From assembly GCF_009914755.1 (NCBI RefSeq), contig NC_060930.1: a stretch of DNA of 64,000 nt. One strand, 5' to 3'. Below the pieces are notes generated by a model that made no database searches, had not been told where the DNA came from, and saw only the letters and a program-made list of their open reading frames with translations. Of the stretch, positions 59,351 to 64,000 are shown piece after piece (position 1 is the stretch's first letter; the number at the start of each line of letters is the position of its first letter). Made by a program: the position numbers and the translations under genes. The DNA is from the human T2T-CHM13v2.0 reference genome, Homo sapiens.

Positions 59351-60049
59351 TAATGAGAAAAACTGACATCACATGCCTCTTGGTGTGATAGAGGGTAACA
59401 TGATTTCTGTGACATTTCCATGACCTGAATGTAACCATGACTACACAAATTAAGAAACATTCAACAAAACCACTGGCATATGCTCTTCAAAAACATATTC
59501 ATGAAAGACAAGAAGATTAAGAATCTGTTCCAAAGTGAAGGAGACTGAAAAGTCAAGACAACTAGATTCATATGTGATTCTGAAATGGCACCTAGTTTGG
59601 GAGAGAAATTCCTATAAAAGATTTTATTGATACAATTAAAATTTTTATAGACTGTATATTAGAGAATACTATTTTATCAATGTTAAGTTCTCTAAATTTG
59701 ATAATTGTGCTGTGGTAAGAAATTGACCTTGTTCTTAGGAAATACACATTGAAGTATTTAGGAATAAAAAGATATAATGTCTGAAAATCATTATCAAATA
59801 GTTTAGAGAAATAATTTTTGTCATATGTACATATACATATATATACACACACACATACACACACACACATATATATTCCACTGTTGCTGATTGGTTGTTG
59901 AGGTGAGGAAGAGGCAAGACCGTGTTCTGAAATAATGTCAAGATTTGGACGATATGTGTTTCTCAGATGGTTCCCATTCCATTTTAAATGTTGCTAGGCT
60001 GAGACAAAGATACAAATTCCCCAATTTATATTAGAATTTAGCAGGTAGT

Positions 60050-60349
<300 letters not shown>

Positions 60350-60355
60350 AACTCC

Positions 60356-60430
60356 TTTATAATCTTATAAGACCACCGTAGGATATGTGGTCTGTGGTTT
60401 ACTAAAATGTCAACATGTAGCACATTACTG
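60356..60430. mobile_element. TcMar-Tigger (MER7/MER47-like) terminal fragment
   Basis: TTATAATCTTAT..GACCACCGT...ATATGTGGTCTGT...AAATGTC...ATG...CACAT.ACTG. Confidence 0.6.
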
Positions 60431-60439
60431 CACTCATAT

Positions 60440-60540
60440 CAGATTTTTGGCCTCCAGAAGTGTGAAAGAATAAATTTCTGTTGTTATAAGCCATCTAATT
60501 TGAGATAATTTGTTACAGCAGCCATAGGAAACTAATCAAT
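60440..60540 (+). mobile_element. MLT1 (MaLR) LTR 3' fragment
   Basis: GGCCTCCAGAA.TGTGA.AGAATAAATTTCTGTTGTT.TAAGCCA...TTTGTTACAGCAGCCATAGGAAACTAAT. Confidence 0.75.
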
Positions 60541-60620
60541 GACAAGCTTATTCTACTCTGCCAACTGCCTTGAGTGGTTTTGAGGCTCATGAAGTCTAAA
60601 TAACGTAATATTGAAATTAA

Positions 60621-62903
<2,283 letters not shown>

Positions 62904-62905
62904 GA

Positions 62906-63245
<340 letters not shown>

Positions 63246-63338
63246 TTACTTCTCATGTGACAGGCAACGAAAAGAGAGTAGGACACCTGAATGTGCTTTG
63301 TACTAAGGAGTGGTATTAAGAACTCGGAAACTGACCGT

Positions 63339-63411
63339 TGAAGGTTCTCGGGAGCTGAACCTGAGGCCTCCTATATGTAAGGCACACGTTCTATCACTGA
63401 ACTACATCTCC
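63339..63411 (-). pseudogene. Degenerate tRNA-Ala(TGC)-derived pseudogene (anticodon now TAC)
   Basis: GGAGATGTAGTTCAGTGATAGAACGTGTGCCTTACATATAGGAGGCCTCAGGTTCAGCTCCCGAGAACCTTCA aligns with the Ala-TGC genes. Confidence 0.8.
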
Positions 63412-63510
63412 TCATGCCAAGAGATATTTGTGTCGTCCTCCAAGTACTATTGCAGTATATGAAAACAATAAAAATATGGAAATAAAAAATAACTTAAAAA
63501 TTAAAAAGGT

Positions 63511-63919
<409 letters not shown>

Positions 63920-64000
63920 TCATTGTTTTAGCACTAAGTGTTGGGTTTAGAAGCAGGATTTGTGACCATTTTAAGTTGGAAGACCCCCAGCTGTGGGGGA

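Overview
Primate (hominoid-type) nuclear DNA with no intact protein-coding gene. Positions 1-7346 are the 5' part of a dead minus-strand HERV-T/S71-type gammaretroviral provirus (5' LTR, tRNA-Thr PBS, long leader, gag, pro, pol). The rest is a tandem segmental duplication of a roughly 15-18 kb unit, present in about 3.3 copies. Each complete unit carries minus-strand tRNA-Ala(AGC), tRNA-Ala(TGC) and tRNA-Phe(GAA) genes among old L1M, L2, MER and MaLR relics and about 40 Alus. From recollection (not a database search), the content matches the 6p22.1 extended-MHC tRNA cluster around NOP56P1. The paralogous units act as internal controls (empty sites). Main observations: an AluY-NOP56 chimeric retrocopy under one TSD pair; a 24-bp insertion in an L1 apparently copied from a nearby tRNA pseudogene; a 35-nt U2 retrocopy with TSDs; an Ala-bodied tRNA with an ATC (Asp) anticodon; a minisatellite seeded by a fold-back palindrome; a 92-nt polyadenylated Alu; and several Alu-associated deletions. 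I see no convincing evidence of a new multi-gene system. Repeat subfamily calls are by eye and many boundaries are approximate.
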